Of a stretch of DNA of 64,000 nt, positions 45,801 through 55,351 are shown piece after piece. This DNA is from Actinomycetota bacterium. Its GTDB lineage: Bacteria > Actinomycetota > Thermoleophilia > Gaiellales > Gaiellaceae. The number at the start of each line of letters is the position of its first letter. Position 1 is the stretch's first letter. The notes beneath the pieces are model-generated. The model had not been told where the DNA came from. It ran no database searches and was given only the letters and a program-made list of their open reading frames with translations. A program made the position numbers and the translations under genes. The DNA is taken from NCBI GenBank assembly GCA_046734795.1, contig JBKPRX010000011.1, forward strand, positions 536 to 64,535. Direction: 5' to 3'.

Positions 45801-46598
45801 ATGGGTGAGCGCGTCCGCGTGGAGGTCGAAGACCGCATCGCCGTCGTCACGTTGACCCGGCCGGAGAAGCACAACGCGCTCGACCCCGAGATGTTCGCGG
45901 CGATCCGTGCGGCGGCAGAGGGAGTCGCCTCGACGCCGGCGATCCGCGCGGTCGTCCTGCACGGCGAAGGACCGAGCTTCTGCTCCGGGCTCGACACGAC
46001 CTCGTTCGGCGACTTGTCGTCCGACTTGATCGAGCGTGCACCCGGACGTCGCGCCAACCCCGCGCAACAGCTCTGCACCGACTGGATCGATCTGCCCGTT
46101 CCTGTGATCGCGGCGATCCACGGAGCGTGCTTCGGCGGCGGACTGCAGATGGCTCTCGGTGCCGACATTCGCATCGCCGCGCCCGACGCACGCCTCAGCA
46201 TCCGCGAAGTGCGGTGGGGGCTCGTGCCGGACATGGGCATCACAGCCGCCTTGCCGCGGCTCGTGCGGCTCGACGTCGCCAAGGAGCTGACGTACACCGG
46301 CCGCGTCGTCGACGGGCAGGAGGCGCTCGCGCTCGGGCTCGTCACACGCGTGGCCGACGATCCGCAGACTGCCGCGTTCGCGTTGGCGCGCGAGATCGCA
46401 GCGCGCTCGCCTGACGCGGTGCGCGCAGCGAAGCGTCTCTACGAGGAGGCATGGCCCGCGAGCGAAGGCGATGCGCTTGCCCTCGAAAGCGAGCTTCAGA
46501 GCAGCCTGATCGGAACGCCGAATCAGATCGCCGCGATCACGGGCGGAAACGAGCCGGATCCGAATGTGTTCGCCGACGCTGATAGGGTCGCGCTCTGA
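45801..46598 (+). CDS. enoyl-CoA hydratase/isomerase (crotonase) family protein
   Basis: Has VAVVTLTRPEKHNALD...VVLHGEGPSFCSGLD...AIHGACFGGGLQMALGADIRIA. An alternative upstream start is ATG 45705. Confidence 0.85.
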   Translation: MGERVRVEVEDRIAVVTLTRPEKHNALDPEMFAAIRAAAEGVASTPAIRAVVLHGEGPSFCSGLDTTSFGDLSSDLIERAPGRRANPAQQLCTDWIDLPVPVIAAIHGACFGGGLQMALGADIRIAAPDARLSIREVRWGLVPDMGITAALPRLVRLDVAKELTYTGRVVDGQEALALGLVTRVADDPQTAAFALAREIAARSPDAVRAAKRLYEEAWPASEGDALALESELQSSLIGTPNQIAAITGGNEPDPNVFADADRVAL

Positions 46599-46972
46599 TG
46601 ATTCGCTGGCTCCTCATCTCGTGGGTCGGAAACGCCGTCGTGCTCGGAGTGACCGCCGCGATCTTGAACGGCGTCTCCGTCAACGATTCGTTCTGGACGC
46701 TGGTCTGGGCGGCGCTCGTGTTCGGCATCCTCAACACGATCCTGAAGCCAATCCTCAAGATCATCACGTTCCCGTTCGCGATCATCACGCTCGGCCTCGC
46801 CTGGTTCTTCGTCTCGATGCTGATGCTCTGGCTGACGGATCTCATCGTCGGCGCATTCGACATCGACGGCTTCTGGAACTACGTGTGGGCCACGATCATC
46901 GTGTGGATCGTCAACGTCGTGATCGACGCGCTCTTCCGCGACGAGCGTCAGGGCACGCTCGCGACCGCGTAG
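46598..46972 (+). CDS. phage-holin-family-4-like 4-TM membrane protein (standalone)
   Basis: ATGA overlap with the upstream stop. LLISWVGNAVVLGVTAAIL...LNTILKPILKIITFPFAIITLGLAWFFVSMLMLWL follows the same pattern as the N-terminus of 3919..5937. Confidence 0.8.
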   Translation: MIRWLLISWVGNAVVLGVTAAILNGVSVNDSFWTLVWAALVFGILNTILKPILKIITFPFAIITLGLAWFFVSMLMLWLTDLIVGAFDIDGFWNYVWATIIVWIVNVVIDALFRDERQGTLATA

Positions 46973-47559
46973 AAGCGCTTCGTCGCGACCTCGACACCTT
47001 CGTACGGCTCGCGCTCGACCACGCGCTCGACGGCGAAGCCGCTTTTCTCGAGGAGCGCGCTGACCTCGTCGGGCTCGAAGAAGCGAAAGTCGAGATCGAC
47101 GGCGCGGCTCCAGAGCTCGTCGAAGTGCTCGATGCTCGAGCCTCGATGGAAGCTCGCCAGGAAGATCCCGCCCGGTGCGACCACGCGCGCAACTTCGGTG
47201 GACGCCGTGACGAACTCGTCGTCGGCGAAATGGATGAACGAGTAGAACGCGACGGCGGCCGCGAACACGCCGTCGTCGAACGGAAGCTTTCGCTGGTCGG
47301 CGACGTCGAACGCGAGCTCCGGATTCAGCCGGCGGCCTTCGGCGACCATCGCCGGCGAGAGATCGACACCGCGGACGTCGGCGCCGCGCTCTTACAGGTA
47401 GCGCGTGACGTGTCCGGGGCCGCAGCCGAGATCGACGACCGCACCGGACGCCCGCGCGGCGATCTCGTCGAGGAGGGCGCGGTCGACCGGCTTGCGTTCG
47501 AGCTCGGCGAACAGGCGCGCGCTGTACTCGGCAGCGAGCGTGTCGTAGCTCGCGCGCAC
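46948..47559 (-). pseudogene. class I SAM-dependent methyltransferase interrupted by an in-frame TAA
   Basis: Reverse translation from GTG 47559 gives VRASYDTLAAEYSARLFAELERKPVDRALLDEIAARASGAVVDLGCGPGHVTRYL, then stop (TAA, 47392-47394). The same frame then continues as ERGADVRGVDLSPAMVAEGRRLNPELAFDVADQRKLPF... The track shows only the 133-aa C-terminal piece. Confidence 0.75.
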
Positions 47560-47566
47560 GCGATCG

Positions 47567-47830
47567 TCAGCGCGTATAACGATCGGTCCCGGTGAAGTGC
47601 AGAGAGACGTACTCCTCGTCGCCGATCACCCAGCTGTCGTGACCGGCGGGGATGTTGAACAGATCGCCGGGGCCGAGGGTCAGCTCGCTGCCGTCGCGCA
47701 TCTTCACGGCGGCTTGGCCCGAGACGACGAGGCCGACGTGCTCGACCTCGCAGAGCTCGGTTCCGGCGGTCGGCCGGATGTGCTCTGTCCAGCGCCAGCC
47801 CGGTTTGTAGATCGCGCGCCCGATCTCCAC
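47567..47830 (-). CDS. cupin domain protein
   Basis: An 87-aa small-cupin beta-barrel pattern: VEHVGLVVSGQAAVKMRDGSELTLGPGDLFNIPAGHDSWV. Confidence 0.8.
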   Translation of the reverse strand: MEIGRAIYKPGWRWTEHIRPTAGTELCEVEHVGLVVSGQAAVKMRDGSELTLGPGDLFNIPAGHDSWVIGDEEYVSLHFTGTDRYTR

Positions 47831-47957
47831 GCCCGCCGGCGTCGAAGCGCTCGAAGCGACCGAACGGGAACGACGTGACGCTGGTCGGATCTGACAGATT
47901 GACGACTGAAACCGTGGTCGGCATGGCGGGATCGTCGCAACTTCTCGGGCTGGCGTC

Positions 47958-48776
47958 TTGGACGTTCTTGCGATGAACGCGCAGACCGAGCAAGCGCGCT
48001 TTCTCCGGCCCGCAGCGCTGCGCGGCGTCGAGGCGCTGCATGCGCAGTTTGTCCATCACCGCTACGCGCCGCACGTGCACGACTGTTGGGTGATCGCGTG
48101 CGTCGACCGGGGCGCGGCACGCTTCGAGCTCCAAGGGCGAGAGCACACGGCGCCGGCGGAAAGCGCATTCGTGATCCCGCCCGGTGCGGTCCACACCGGC
48201 GAGTCGGCGGCTGCGGGCGGCTATGCGTACCGCGTTCTCTACGTCGACTCCGACGGCGGTGCGAGCGATCCGGGCGTGCTCGACGGCCGGCCGTTTGCCG
48301 GCGCGCCGGTCGTGGAGAACCGACGCCTTCTCGTCAAATTGCGGCGGACGCACGATCTGCTCCTTCTGCGCGGGCATGCGCTCGAGCAAGGAGAAGCGGT
48401 TACGGCCGTTTGTCGGCTCCTCTCGGAGCTCACCGCGCCGCACGCGCGGGAGAGGCGCGCCGCGCATCCCGCCGTCGGCCGCGCGAAGTCATTCGTCGAA
48501 GAACGCTGGCGTGAAAACTTCACCGTGACCGAGCTCGCGGACGCTGCGGGTCTCTCCCCGTTTCACCTCATACGGCTTTTCCGGCGCGACGTCGGCATGC
48601 CGCCCTCGGCCTATCGGCGCTCGCTGCGTGTGCTGGCGGCGCAGCGAATGCTCCGCAGAGGCGAAGCCATTCGCGACGTCGCACTCGCATGCGGCTTCTA
48701 CGACCAAGCTCATCTCACGAGACACTTCAAGGCGACGACCGGCGTGACACCCGCACGCTACGCGCAGGCGATGTGA
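47958..48776 (+). CDS. AraC-family transcriptional regulator
   Basis: An N-terminal cupin-like effector domain is followed by a C-terminal double HTH (FTVTELADAAGLSPFHLIRLFRRDVGMPPSAYR...ALACGFYDQAHLTRHFKATTGVTPARY). Confidence 0.9.
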   Translation: MDVLAMNAQTEQARFLRPAALRGVEALHAQFVHHRYAPHVHDCWVIACVDRGAARFELQGREHTAPAESAFVIPPGAVHTGESAAAGGYAYRVLYVDSDGGASDPGVLDGRPFAGAPVVENRRLLVKLRRTHDLLLLRGHALEQGEAVTAVCRLLSELTAPHARERRAAHPAVGRAKSFVEERWRENFTVTELADAAGLSPFHLIRLFRRDVGMPPSAYRRSLRVLAAQRMLRRGEAIRDVALACGFYDQAHLTRHFKATTGVTPARYAQAM

Positions 48777-48786
48777 GGTTCCTTCG

Positions 48787-49374
48787 TTGACGCTGCCCTA
48801 CGAGCAGCACGACGCGAGAGTCCTCTTCTGGGCGCTCTTCGGCGTCTTCGCCCTCGGCGAATACGCGATGCGTCTCCGCGGCTGCTTGAGCCGAAGCGGG
48901 ACGACGGCAGAGCGTTGGAGCCTCTTCGTCGTCTCGGCCGCAGCGGCGTTGGGGATCGTGGGCGGACTTCGGCTCGCAAAATGGAACGAAGGAACAGTCG
49001 GCGTCGGCCGTTGGCCGCTCTTCGTCCTCGGCCTGGTGCTGATGGCTGCCGGACTCGGTGTCCGCCAGTGGGCGATCCTCGTGCTTGGCCGGTTCTTCAC
49101 CGTCGACGTACGGGTGCACGCGGATCAGACCGTCGTCGATCGCGGCCCCTACCGGTGGGTGCGACACCCCTCCTACAGCGGGTTGATCGTCTTCTTCGTC
49201 GGTGTCGGCCTCGCTCTCGACAACTGGGCGTCGCTCCTTGTGCTCGCGCTCGTTCCGACCGCGGGGCTGCTATTGCGCATTCGGTCCGAGGAGCGTGCAT
49301 TGGACGACGCGCTCGGCGATCCGTACCGCCGATACGCGGCGCGCCGCCGGCGCCTTTTTCCAGGCATCTGGTAG
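48787..49374 (+). CDS. isoprenylcysteine carboxyl methyltransferase (ICMT/PEMT-like) family membrane protein
   Basis: Has TM helices plus VDRGPYRWVRHPSYSGLIVFFVG...RIRSEERAL. Confidence 0.85.
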   Translation: MTLPYEQHDARVLFWALFGVFALGEYAMRLRGCLSRSGTTAERWSLFVVSAAAALGIVGGLRLAKWNEGTVGVGRWPLFVLGLVLMAAGLGVRQWAILVLGRFFTVDVRVHADQTVVDRGPYRWVRHPSYSGLIVFFVGVGLALDNWASLLVLALVPTAGLLLRIRSEERALDDALGDPYRRYAARRRRLFPGIW

Positions 49375-49412
49375 GTCGCGCCGGATGTCTCGATGACTTT
49401 CGGGCGGACGTA

Positions 49413-50486
49413 ATGTCTTATGTCGCGATGAACACGCTTCAGGATCTGCTCGACGCGGCTGCGGCCGAGGAAGCGCTGCCCGGCGCGTCGGCGCTCGTTG
49501 CACGCGGCGACGACGTCGAGATCGCGAGTGTCGGCGAGATCGAGCCCGACTCGATCGTGCGCGTCGCGTCGGTCACGAAGCCGATCACCGCCGCCGGTGT
49601 GATGCTGCTCGTCGATGAAGGCCGAGTCGCGCTCGAGGATCCGATCGCGCGCTGGCTGCCGGAGCTCGCGTCGCCGGACGTCGTGCGCACGCCGGCGAGT
49701 CCGGTGGATGACGTTCTTCCTGCCGCACGTCCGATCACCGTCGAGGACGTGCTCACGTTCCGCGCGGGGTGGGGGTTTCCGTCCGACTTCACGCTGCCGG
49801 CGGTGTCGGAGCTCTTTTCGAAGCTGCCGCCTTTGGCAAGCACGCAAACCCCGGACGAATGGGTGCAGACGCTCGCGGGCGTGCCGATGCTGCATCAACC
49901 CGGCCAGGCGTGGCTCTACAACACGTGCTCCGACATCCAGGGCGTGCTCGTCGCGCGCGCCTCGGGTCGCTCGCTGCCGGAGTTTCTCGCGGAGCGGATC
50001 TTCGAGCCGCTCGGCATGGTCGACACGGGATTCCACGCTTCCGCGGACCGAGCCGACCGGCTGGCGCCCTTCCACGGCTCGGTGCCCGGCCTCGACGACC
50101 CGTCGCGCTTCACGAAGCCGCCGAGCTTCCCGTCGGGCGCGGGCGGGCTCGTCTCGACGGCCGCCGATTTGCACCGCTTCGGACGCATGCTGCTCGACGG
50201 CGGCGCCGGCCTGCTGTCACGCGACGCCGTGCGGTCGATGACGACCGACCACCTGACGGCCGAGCAGCGCGCCGCGTCGACGTTGTTCCTCGAAGGAGCA
50301 GGCTGGGGCTTCGGCGGCTCGGTTGCAGCAGACGGCCGCTACGGCTGGATCGGCGGCACCGGCACGGCAGCGCACGTCATGCCCTCGACAGACACAGTCG
50401 GCATCCTGCTCACGCAGGTGGCGATGACAGGGCCGACGTCGACGCCGCTGATGCGCCGGTTCTGGGACTACGCATTCGACGCGTAA
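49413..50486 (+). CDS. serine hydrolase (beta-lactamase class C / PBP4-like family)
   Basis: This is the real part of track ORF 48915..50486. Has the SxxK motif ASVTKPIT. The start is ATG 49413 or 49428. Confidence 0.85.
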   Translation: MSYVAMNTLQDLLDAAAAEEALPGASALVARGDDVEIASVGEIEPDSIVRVASVTKPITAAGVMLLVDEGRVALEDPIARWLPELASPDVVRTPASPVDDVLPAARPITVEDVLTFRAGWGFPSDFTLPAVSELFSKLPPLASTQTPDEWVQTLAGVPMLHQPGQAWLYNTCSDIQGVLVARASGRSLPEFLAERIFEPLGMVDTGFHASADRADRLAPFHGSVPGLDDPSRFTKPPSFPSGAGGLVSTAADLHRFGRMLLDGGAGLLSRDAVRSMTTDHLTAEQRAASTLFLEGAGWGFGGSVAADGRYGWIGGTGTAAHVMPSTDTVGILLTQVAMTGPTSTPLMRRFWDYAFDA

Positions 50487-50505
50487 GACGCAACGCCGAA
50501 GCGGG

Positions 50506-51339
50506 TCAGGCTCGCGCGATCAGGTAGTGGAACTCGTTCGAGAGCCGATAGGCGCCCTCGGCGTTGCGGTACGGGGCGAGGCCGTCGACGATCGCCTGCT
50601 TGAACTCGGCCTCGCGCTCCGGTCCGACGATCACTGCGAGTCCTGCGACAGCGACGAGCGCGCGCTCGAGCGTCTCCGTGTCGGGGTACTCGATCGTCAC
50701 GCTCGCGTCGAACTCGCTCTCGGGCGTCAACCCTGCCTCGAGCGCGATGCCGCGGAGCACGCCGGGTTGTGAGAGATCGGGATCCGGCGGCGCATCGGGC
50801 GGTCGCGGCGGAAGGAACGGCCGCGCGATCTGCTTCATCGCCTCGAGGTCGCACCGCTCGTGCGCGCCCCACACTTGAATCACGACCTGAGCCCCGGGCT
50901 TCGCTACACGGCGCGCGTCGCGCAGCGCGGCCACCATGTCGTTCGCGAAGAAGAAGGAATTGAAGCCGGTGACGAGGTCGAAGGTGTCGTCCTCCCACGG
51001 CAGATCTTCCATCTCGCCGACGCGCAAGTCGGCGGCCGGCACGCGGTCGTGCGCGAACGCGATCAGTGATTCGGAAGCGTCGAGGCCGTGAGCGACGCCG
51101 CCGCGCGCGGCGACGATGCCAAGAAACGCGCCCGCCCCGCAGCCGACGTCGAGCACGTGCCAGCCGGCCTGCAGCCCCGTGCGGACTAGGGCGGCCTCAT
51201 ACGTCGGAGCCTGCAGATCCTCGTTGATTGCCCAGTCGGCGGGTCGGGCACCCCAGAGCGGTCCCCATCTCGATGCACTGCCCGTCGTGGCGGCTGAAGC
51301 GGCGGACACGGCCTCTCCTTCGCGTAGACTACGATTCAT
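50506..51339 (-). CDS. class I SAM-dependent methyltransferase
   Basis: Has motif I VLDVGCGAGAF, the post-I motif GLDASESL and FDLVTGFNSF. Confidence 0.85.
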   Translation of the reverse strand: MNRSLREGEAVSAASAATTGSASRWGPLWGARPADWAINEDLQAPTYEAALVRTGLQAGWHVLDVGCGAGAFLGIVAARGGVAHGLDASESLIAFAHDRVPAADLRVGEMEDLPWEDDTFDLVTGFNSFFFANDMVAALRDARRVAKPGAQVVIQVWGAHERCDLEAMKQIARPFLPPRPPDAPPDPDLSQPGVLRGIALEAGLTPESEFDASVTIEYPDTETLERALVAVAGLAVIVGPEREAEFKQAIVDGLAPYRNAEGAYRLSNEFHYLIARA

Positions 51340-51361
51340 AGTTATAGACTATGGGTCGTAG
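51329..51361. promoter_or_regulatory. near-perfect 33-bp palindrome spanning both divergent start codons (candidate PadR operator)
   Basis: CTACGAtt-CATAGT-TATAG-ACTATG-ggTCGTAG. The inner 6-bp arms are CAT (the ATG of the minus-strand gene) and ATG (the plus-strand gene) plus 3 nt each. A TAGACTA direct repeat lies at 51325 and 51345. Confidence 0.5.
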
Positions 51362-51956
51362 CTTGGTCAACTCGGAGCTGACGCTTTTCTCGTACGAGAT
51401 CCTCGGCCTCGTTGGACGCGAGGGCGCGGGCGCGCACGACCTTCTGCGCTTGGCGCAGCGCGGGCGGCTGCTCGCGTGGGCCGGCGAGAGCCAGTACTAC
51501 ACGGAGCCGAAGCGACTCGCCGAGCTCGGCTACCTCTCGTCGCGCAAGGAGCCGGGCAAGACCCGCGAGCGCACGGTTTACACCCTCACGGACAAAGGGC
51601 GCGAAGCCCTGGCCGAGTACGCGAGGACGCCGGTGCAGGTCACGCCGTTCAAGAGCGACCCGCTGCTGCGGCTCCTGATCTGCGATCTCGTCGGCGAAGA
51701 AGTCACGCGCGAGAGCATCAGCACGCTTCGCGAGGACCTCGACGACCTCCGGCAGCGGCTCGATCAATCGGAGCAGGCGGCGCGCGAGCTGCCGCATCGC
51801 GAGAAGTACCTCTTGCTCACACTCGGTTTCTTGCAGCGGCTTCTCGACCTGCACGAACAGCTCGTCGACGATGTCGAGCGCGAGTTCGCCAACGCGCGGC
51901 CGGCTCGAGCACGACGGAAGAGGCGAACAACCGCGTCACCGCTCCGGCGCTCTTAG
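51351..51956 (+). CDS. PadR-family transcriptional regulator
   Basis: An N-terminal winged helix (FSYEILGLVGREGAGAHDLLRLAQ...TRERTVYTLTDKGREAL) is followed by a C-terminal helical domain. Confidence 0.85.
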   Translation: MGRSLVNSELTLFSYEILGLVGREGAGAHDLLRLAQRGRLLAWAGESQYYTEPKRLAELGYLSSRKEPGKTRERTVYTLTDKGREALAEYARTPVQVTPFKSDPLLRLLICDLVGEEVTRESISTLREDLDDLRQRLDQSEQAARELPHREKYLLLTLGFLQRLLDLHEQLVDDVEREFANARPARARRKRRTTASPLRRS

Positions 51957-51965
51957 ACTCCGCGT

Positions 51966-52820
51966 GTGCCCGACTACGGCCACGAGCTCGAGTTCGGCGT
52001 GTTCGTGAATCCAAGTGCCGCGGACGCGGAGAAGGCCGTTTCTCTTGCCGTCCTTGCCGAAGAGGTCGGGCTCGATCTCGTCGCGTTCCAGGATCACCCG
52101 TACCAGCCGCGACTGCTCGACAGCTGGACACTTCTCTCCTACGTTGCCGCACGCACGAGCCGGATCCGTCTCACGAACGACGTGCTCAATCTGCCGCTTC
52201 GGCTGCCGTCGGTCGTCGCGCGGGCGATCGCGACGCTCGACCTTCTGAGCGGCGGCCGCGCCGAACTCGGCATCGGCGCCGGGAACGCATGGGACGGGAT
52301 CGAGGCCATGGGCGGACGCAGGCTCCGCCCTGGTCAGAGCGTCGACGCGCTCGAGGAGGCGATCGACGTCATCCGCTCGCTCTGGGACGTCGACGAGGCA
52401 CAGGAGGCGAGCTTCGACGGCTCGTACTACCGGCTGCTCGGCGCGGCGCGTGGGCCGAAGCCGCGCCACAAGGTTCAGATCTGGGTCGGCGCCTACAAGC
52501 CGCGGATGCTGAACCTCGTCGGCCGCAAAGCCGACGGTTGGCTACCGAGCACGCCGTATCTGAAGCCGGGCGACCTCGCCGCCGGCAACGCTGCGATCGA
52601 CGAAGCCGCATCGGCGGCGGGCCGCGATCCGCGCGAGATTCGCAGGCTCCTCAACACGGTCCCGCAGCCCGTCGAGGAGCTCACGCGGCTCGCGCTCGAG
52701 GACGGAATCAGCACGTTCGTCCTCATCGGCGACGACGAGAGCGCGATGCGGACGCTTGCAGAGGAAGTCGCGCCGGCCGTACGCGAGCAGGTCGCGAGCG
52801 AGCGATCGCGACGCGGCTAA
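51966..52820 (+). CDS. LLM-class (luciferase-like) flavin/F420-dependent oxidoreductase
   Basis: HELEFGVF...FQDHPYQP...LDLLSGGRAELGIGAG matches the LLM pattern. Confidence 0.85.
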   Translation: MPDYGHELEFGVFVNPSAADAEKAVSLAVLAEEVGLDLVAFQDHPYQPRLLDSWTLLSYVAARTSRIRLTNDVLNLPLRLPSVVARAIATLDLLSGGRAELGIGAGNAWDGIEAMGGRRLRPGQSVDALEEAIDVIRSLWDVDEAQEASFDGSYYRLLGAARGPKPRHKVQIWVGAYKPRMLNLVGRKADGWLPSTPYLKPGDLAAGNAAIDEAASAAGRDPREIRRLLNTVPQPVEELTRLALEDGISTFVLIGDDESAMRTLAEEVAPAVREQVASERSRRG

Positions 52821-52999
52821 CGGCGCGACCGTAGCGCGTACCCCGCGACCGATACAGCAAGCAGGCTCGCCACTGCGAGGGGCAGCAGCCACCACGTACC
52901 GACAGCGACGGTGATCGCGAGCGCAACGACGACGCCTGCTGCGATGCGCCAGTCGTCGCCGACGACGAAGTCCCAGAGGAAACGCGCGAGCGTTTTCAC
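52817..52999 (-). CDS. small membrane protein (60 aa, 2 TM)
   Basis: GTG 52999 overlaps the upstream stop as GTGA. The product is VKTLARFLWDFVVGDDWRIAAGVVVALAITVAVGTWWLLPLAVASLLAVSVAGYALRSRR. It is hidden in the tail of junk ORF 52817..53740. Confidence 0.5.
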   Translation of the reverse strand: MKTLARFLWDFVVGDDWRIAAGVVVALAITVAVGTWWLLPLAVASLLAVSVAGYALRSRR

Positions 53000-53724
53000 A
53001 CGGTTGCCGTCCTTCGCAGCGTTTGCACGAGCGTGACCGACGTGGCGAGTACGAACAGGAGCACGACCGGCAGTGCTGCGTCCCCGCCGGGCCACTCCGC
53101 GCCGGCGCCCTCGACAGCCCAGAACGTTCCGAACGTCGTCAGCATCACGCCGACTGCGTACTTGAGCGTGTTCTCGGGCACGCGTGCGAGCGGCGCGCGC
53201 ACGATCACGCCGACGATTCCGACGACCAAGACCGCGGCAGCCGCACCGACCGCTGCAAGCGGAATCGATCCCTGCGTCGAGCCGAACGTGAGAACGATGA
53301 ACGCAACCTCGAGTCCTTCGAGAAAGACGCCTTTGAACGACACGACGAAGCCGAACCAGTCGAGCCCTGCGTGGTGCTCGTCGCCGGCGGCGCGCGCCTC
53401 GGCCCGCTCGCGCTCGAAGATCGCAGCTTCGTCGTGCAGCGGCAGGTAGCCGGCGCTGCGGAGGATCGCCTTGCGCAGCCACTGCAACCCGAACACGAGG
53501 AGCAACGCGCCGACGACGAGCCGTAGATCGTCGATCGGAATCTGCGTCAGCGCAGGTCCGAGCGCCGCGACGACGGCAGCAAGCGCCACAACCGCGATGC
53601 CGGTGCCGGCGAGCGCCGAGCGCCAGCCCCGCGTCGTGCCCATCGCCAGCACGATCGTCAGTGCTTCCACCATCTCGACTGCACTCGCGAGGAAGGTCGA
53701 CGCGACGAGGAAGAAGACCGTCAC
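52996..53724 (-). CDS. hypothetical membrane protein (two-repeat, COG4280/GDT1-like topology)
   Basis: Has six TM segments and two similar acidic helix motifs (VEMVEALTIVLAMG and FLEGLEVAFIVLTFG). The family call is tentative. Confidence 0.7.
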   Translation of the reverse strand: MTVFFLVASTFLASAVEMVEALTIVLAMGTTRGWRSALAGTGIAVVALAAVVAALGPALTQIPIDDLRLVVGALLLVFGLQWLRKAILRSAGYLPLHDEAAIFERERAEARAAGDEHHAGLDWFGFVVSFKGVFLEGLEVAFIVLTFGSTQGSIPLAAVGAAAAVLVVGIVGVIVRAPLARVPENTLKYAVGVMLTTFGTFWAVEGAGAEWPGGDAALPVVLLFVLATSVTLVQTLRRTATV

Positions 53725-53752
53725 GTGCGTAGCGTCGCACGCGGCCGAACTG

Positions 53753-55351
53753 TCAGCCGATCAGCAATCCTTCCGCGGCTTCCGACGGTTCGAGGTCCGG
53801 CAGTCGGGTCATGCGGAAGGCGTTCAGGAGCCCAAGCAGGGCGGCGACGAGCGGGATGAGCAGCGCGATCTGCAGCGCTCGCGGCCGCGCCTTCGTGTTG
53901 ATGTGGATAATCTCGGCCTTCACGTCGGCCGGTTGGCCGGCGAGCAGCTCTTCGAGGTGCGTGTTCGTCATCACCTCGGCGTTCTTTTCGAGGCCTTTCG
54001 CGACCTTGTCCTGCTCGGCCGGTGAGAGCACCGTGCTGTCGTTCGCGTAGTGAGTGAAGACAAGCGAGAGCGACGCGAGCATGATCGCCCCGGCGAAGGC
54101 AAGTCCGAACGAGAGCCCGAACGATCCACCCGCCGAGTTCACACCTGCGGCTTCGCTGACGCGCTCCGGCTCGATCGGCGAGAGCGTGTAGTTGTTCAAC
54201 TGCGAGACGAGCAAACCGAGTCCCGCGCCGGCGATCGCAAGCGGCACGATCATCGCCCAGCCGGAGTCCGCGCGCGGCACGATCGGAAGCAAGACGACGA
54301 TGCCGACGGCAAGGAGCAGGAAGCCGACGAGGATGATCTTGCTCGGGCTGCGCTTCCCGGCTCTCTTGCCGGCTAGGAGCGCGACGAAGAACATGCTGAG
54401 CGACAGCGGTGCGAGCGAGAGCCCGGCCTCGAGCGCGTTGTATTCGAGCACCATCTGCAAGTAGATCGGCAGCGTGATCATCAGCCCGCCGAGCGCAATC
54501 TGCTGCAGCGTCTGCGAGGAGATCCCGAGCCGGAAGTACTTCGACCGGAAGAGACCGGCGTCGATGAGCGCGGGCTTGCCTTCGCGCTTGCGCTTGACGA
54601 GCCACCACGCGAGCGAGCCGAGCGCGACCACGCCGACTGCGATCAGCGCGCCTACGGCCTGGCCGCCCTCCTCCCAGACGAGGATCCCGACGACGACGCC
54701 GCCCATGCCGAGCGCAGAGAGGATCGCGCCCACGACGTCGATGCGCCGGTCGCCCGTGTACGGCACGTCGTGCACGCGCCGGCTCCCGATGAGCACGATG
54801 GCGATGATCACGACCTCGCCGGCGAATGCGACTCGCCACGAGAGGTACGTCGTGATGAACCCGCCGACGAGCGGGCCGACCGCGGCCGCGATCGCAGCGG
54901 CAGCGCCGACGAGCGCGTACGCCTTCCGCTGCATCGCGCCCTGGAAGTTGCCGTGGATCAGCGACTGCATCGACGGCAGTAGAAGCGACGCGCCGAGTCC
55001 GCCGATGATCGCCCAGAAGATGACGATCGGAAGCAGGCTCCGCGACAGCGTCATCGAGAGTGCTCCGGCCGCGTAGCCGAGCAGGCCGAGCGTGTAGGCG
55101 CGCTTGCGTCCGAAGAGGTCGCCGATCTTGCTGCCGATCAGGATGAACGCCGCCGAGACGAGCGCCTCAAGCGCGATCGCCGACTGCACGCCGCTCGCGG
55201 TCGTGTCGAGATCGTGCACGACCGCAGAGATCGAGACGTTCATGAGCGATGTGTCGACAACGAGCACGAACATCGCCATCGCAAGGAGGATCGCGAGGCC
55301 CTGATCGCCGCTCGATTCCTCCGGTATCGCTTCAGTTGCTTCTACGGTCAC
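53753..55351 (-). CDS. MFS transporter, DHA2 family (paralog of 7385..9043)
   Basis: Has VDTSLMNVSISAVVHDL and GSKIGDLFGRKRAY motifs and about 14 TM segments. Confidence 0.9.
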   Translation of the reverse strand: MTVEATEAIPEESSGDQGLAILLAMAMFVLVVDTSLMNVSISAVVHDLDTTASGVQSAIALEALVSAAFILIGSKIGDLFGRKRAYTLGLLGYAAGALSMTLSRSLLPIVIFWAIIGGLGASLLLPSMQSLIHGNFQGAMQRKAYALVGAAAAIAAAVGPLVGGFITTYLSWRVAFAGEVVIIAIVLIGSRRVHDVPYTGDRRIDVVGAILSALGMGGVVVGILVWEEGGQAVGALIAVGVVALGSLAWWLVKRKREGKPALIDAGLFRSKYFRLGISSQTLQQIALGGLMITLPIYLQMVLEYNALEAGLSLAPLSLSMFFVALLAGKRAGKRSPSKIILVGFLLLAVGIVVLLPIVPRADSGWAMIVPLAIAGAGLGLLVSQLNNYTLSPIEPERVSEAAGVNSAGGSFGLSFGLAFAGAIMLASLSLVFTHYANDSTVLSPAEQDKVAKGLEKNAEVMTNTHLEELLAGQPADVKAEIIHINTKARPRALQIALLIPLVAALLGLLNAFRMTRLPDLEPSEAAEGLLIG

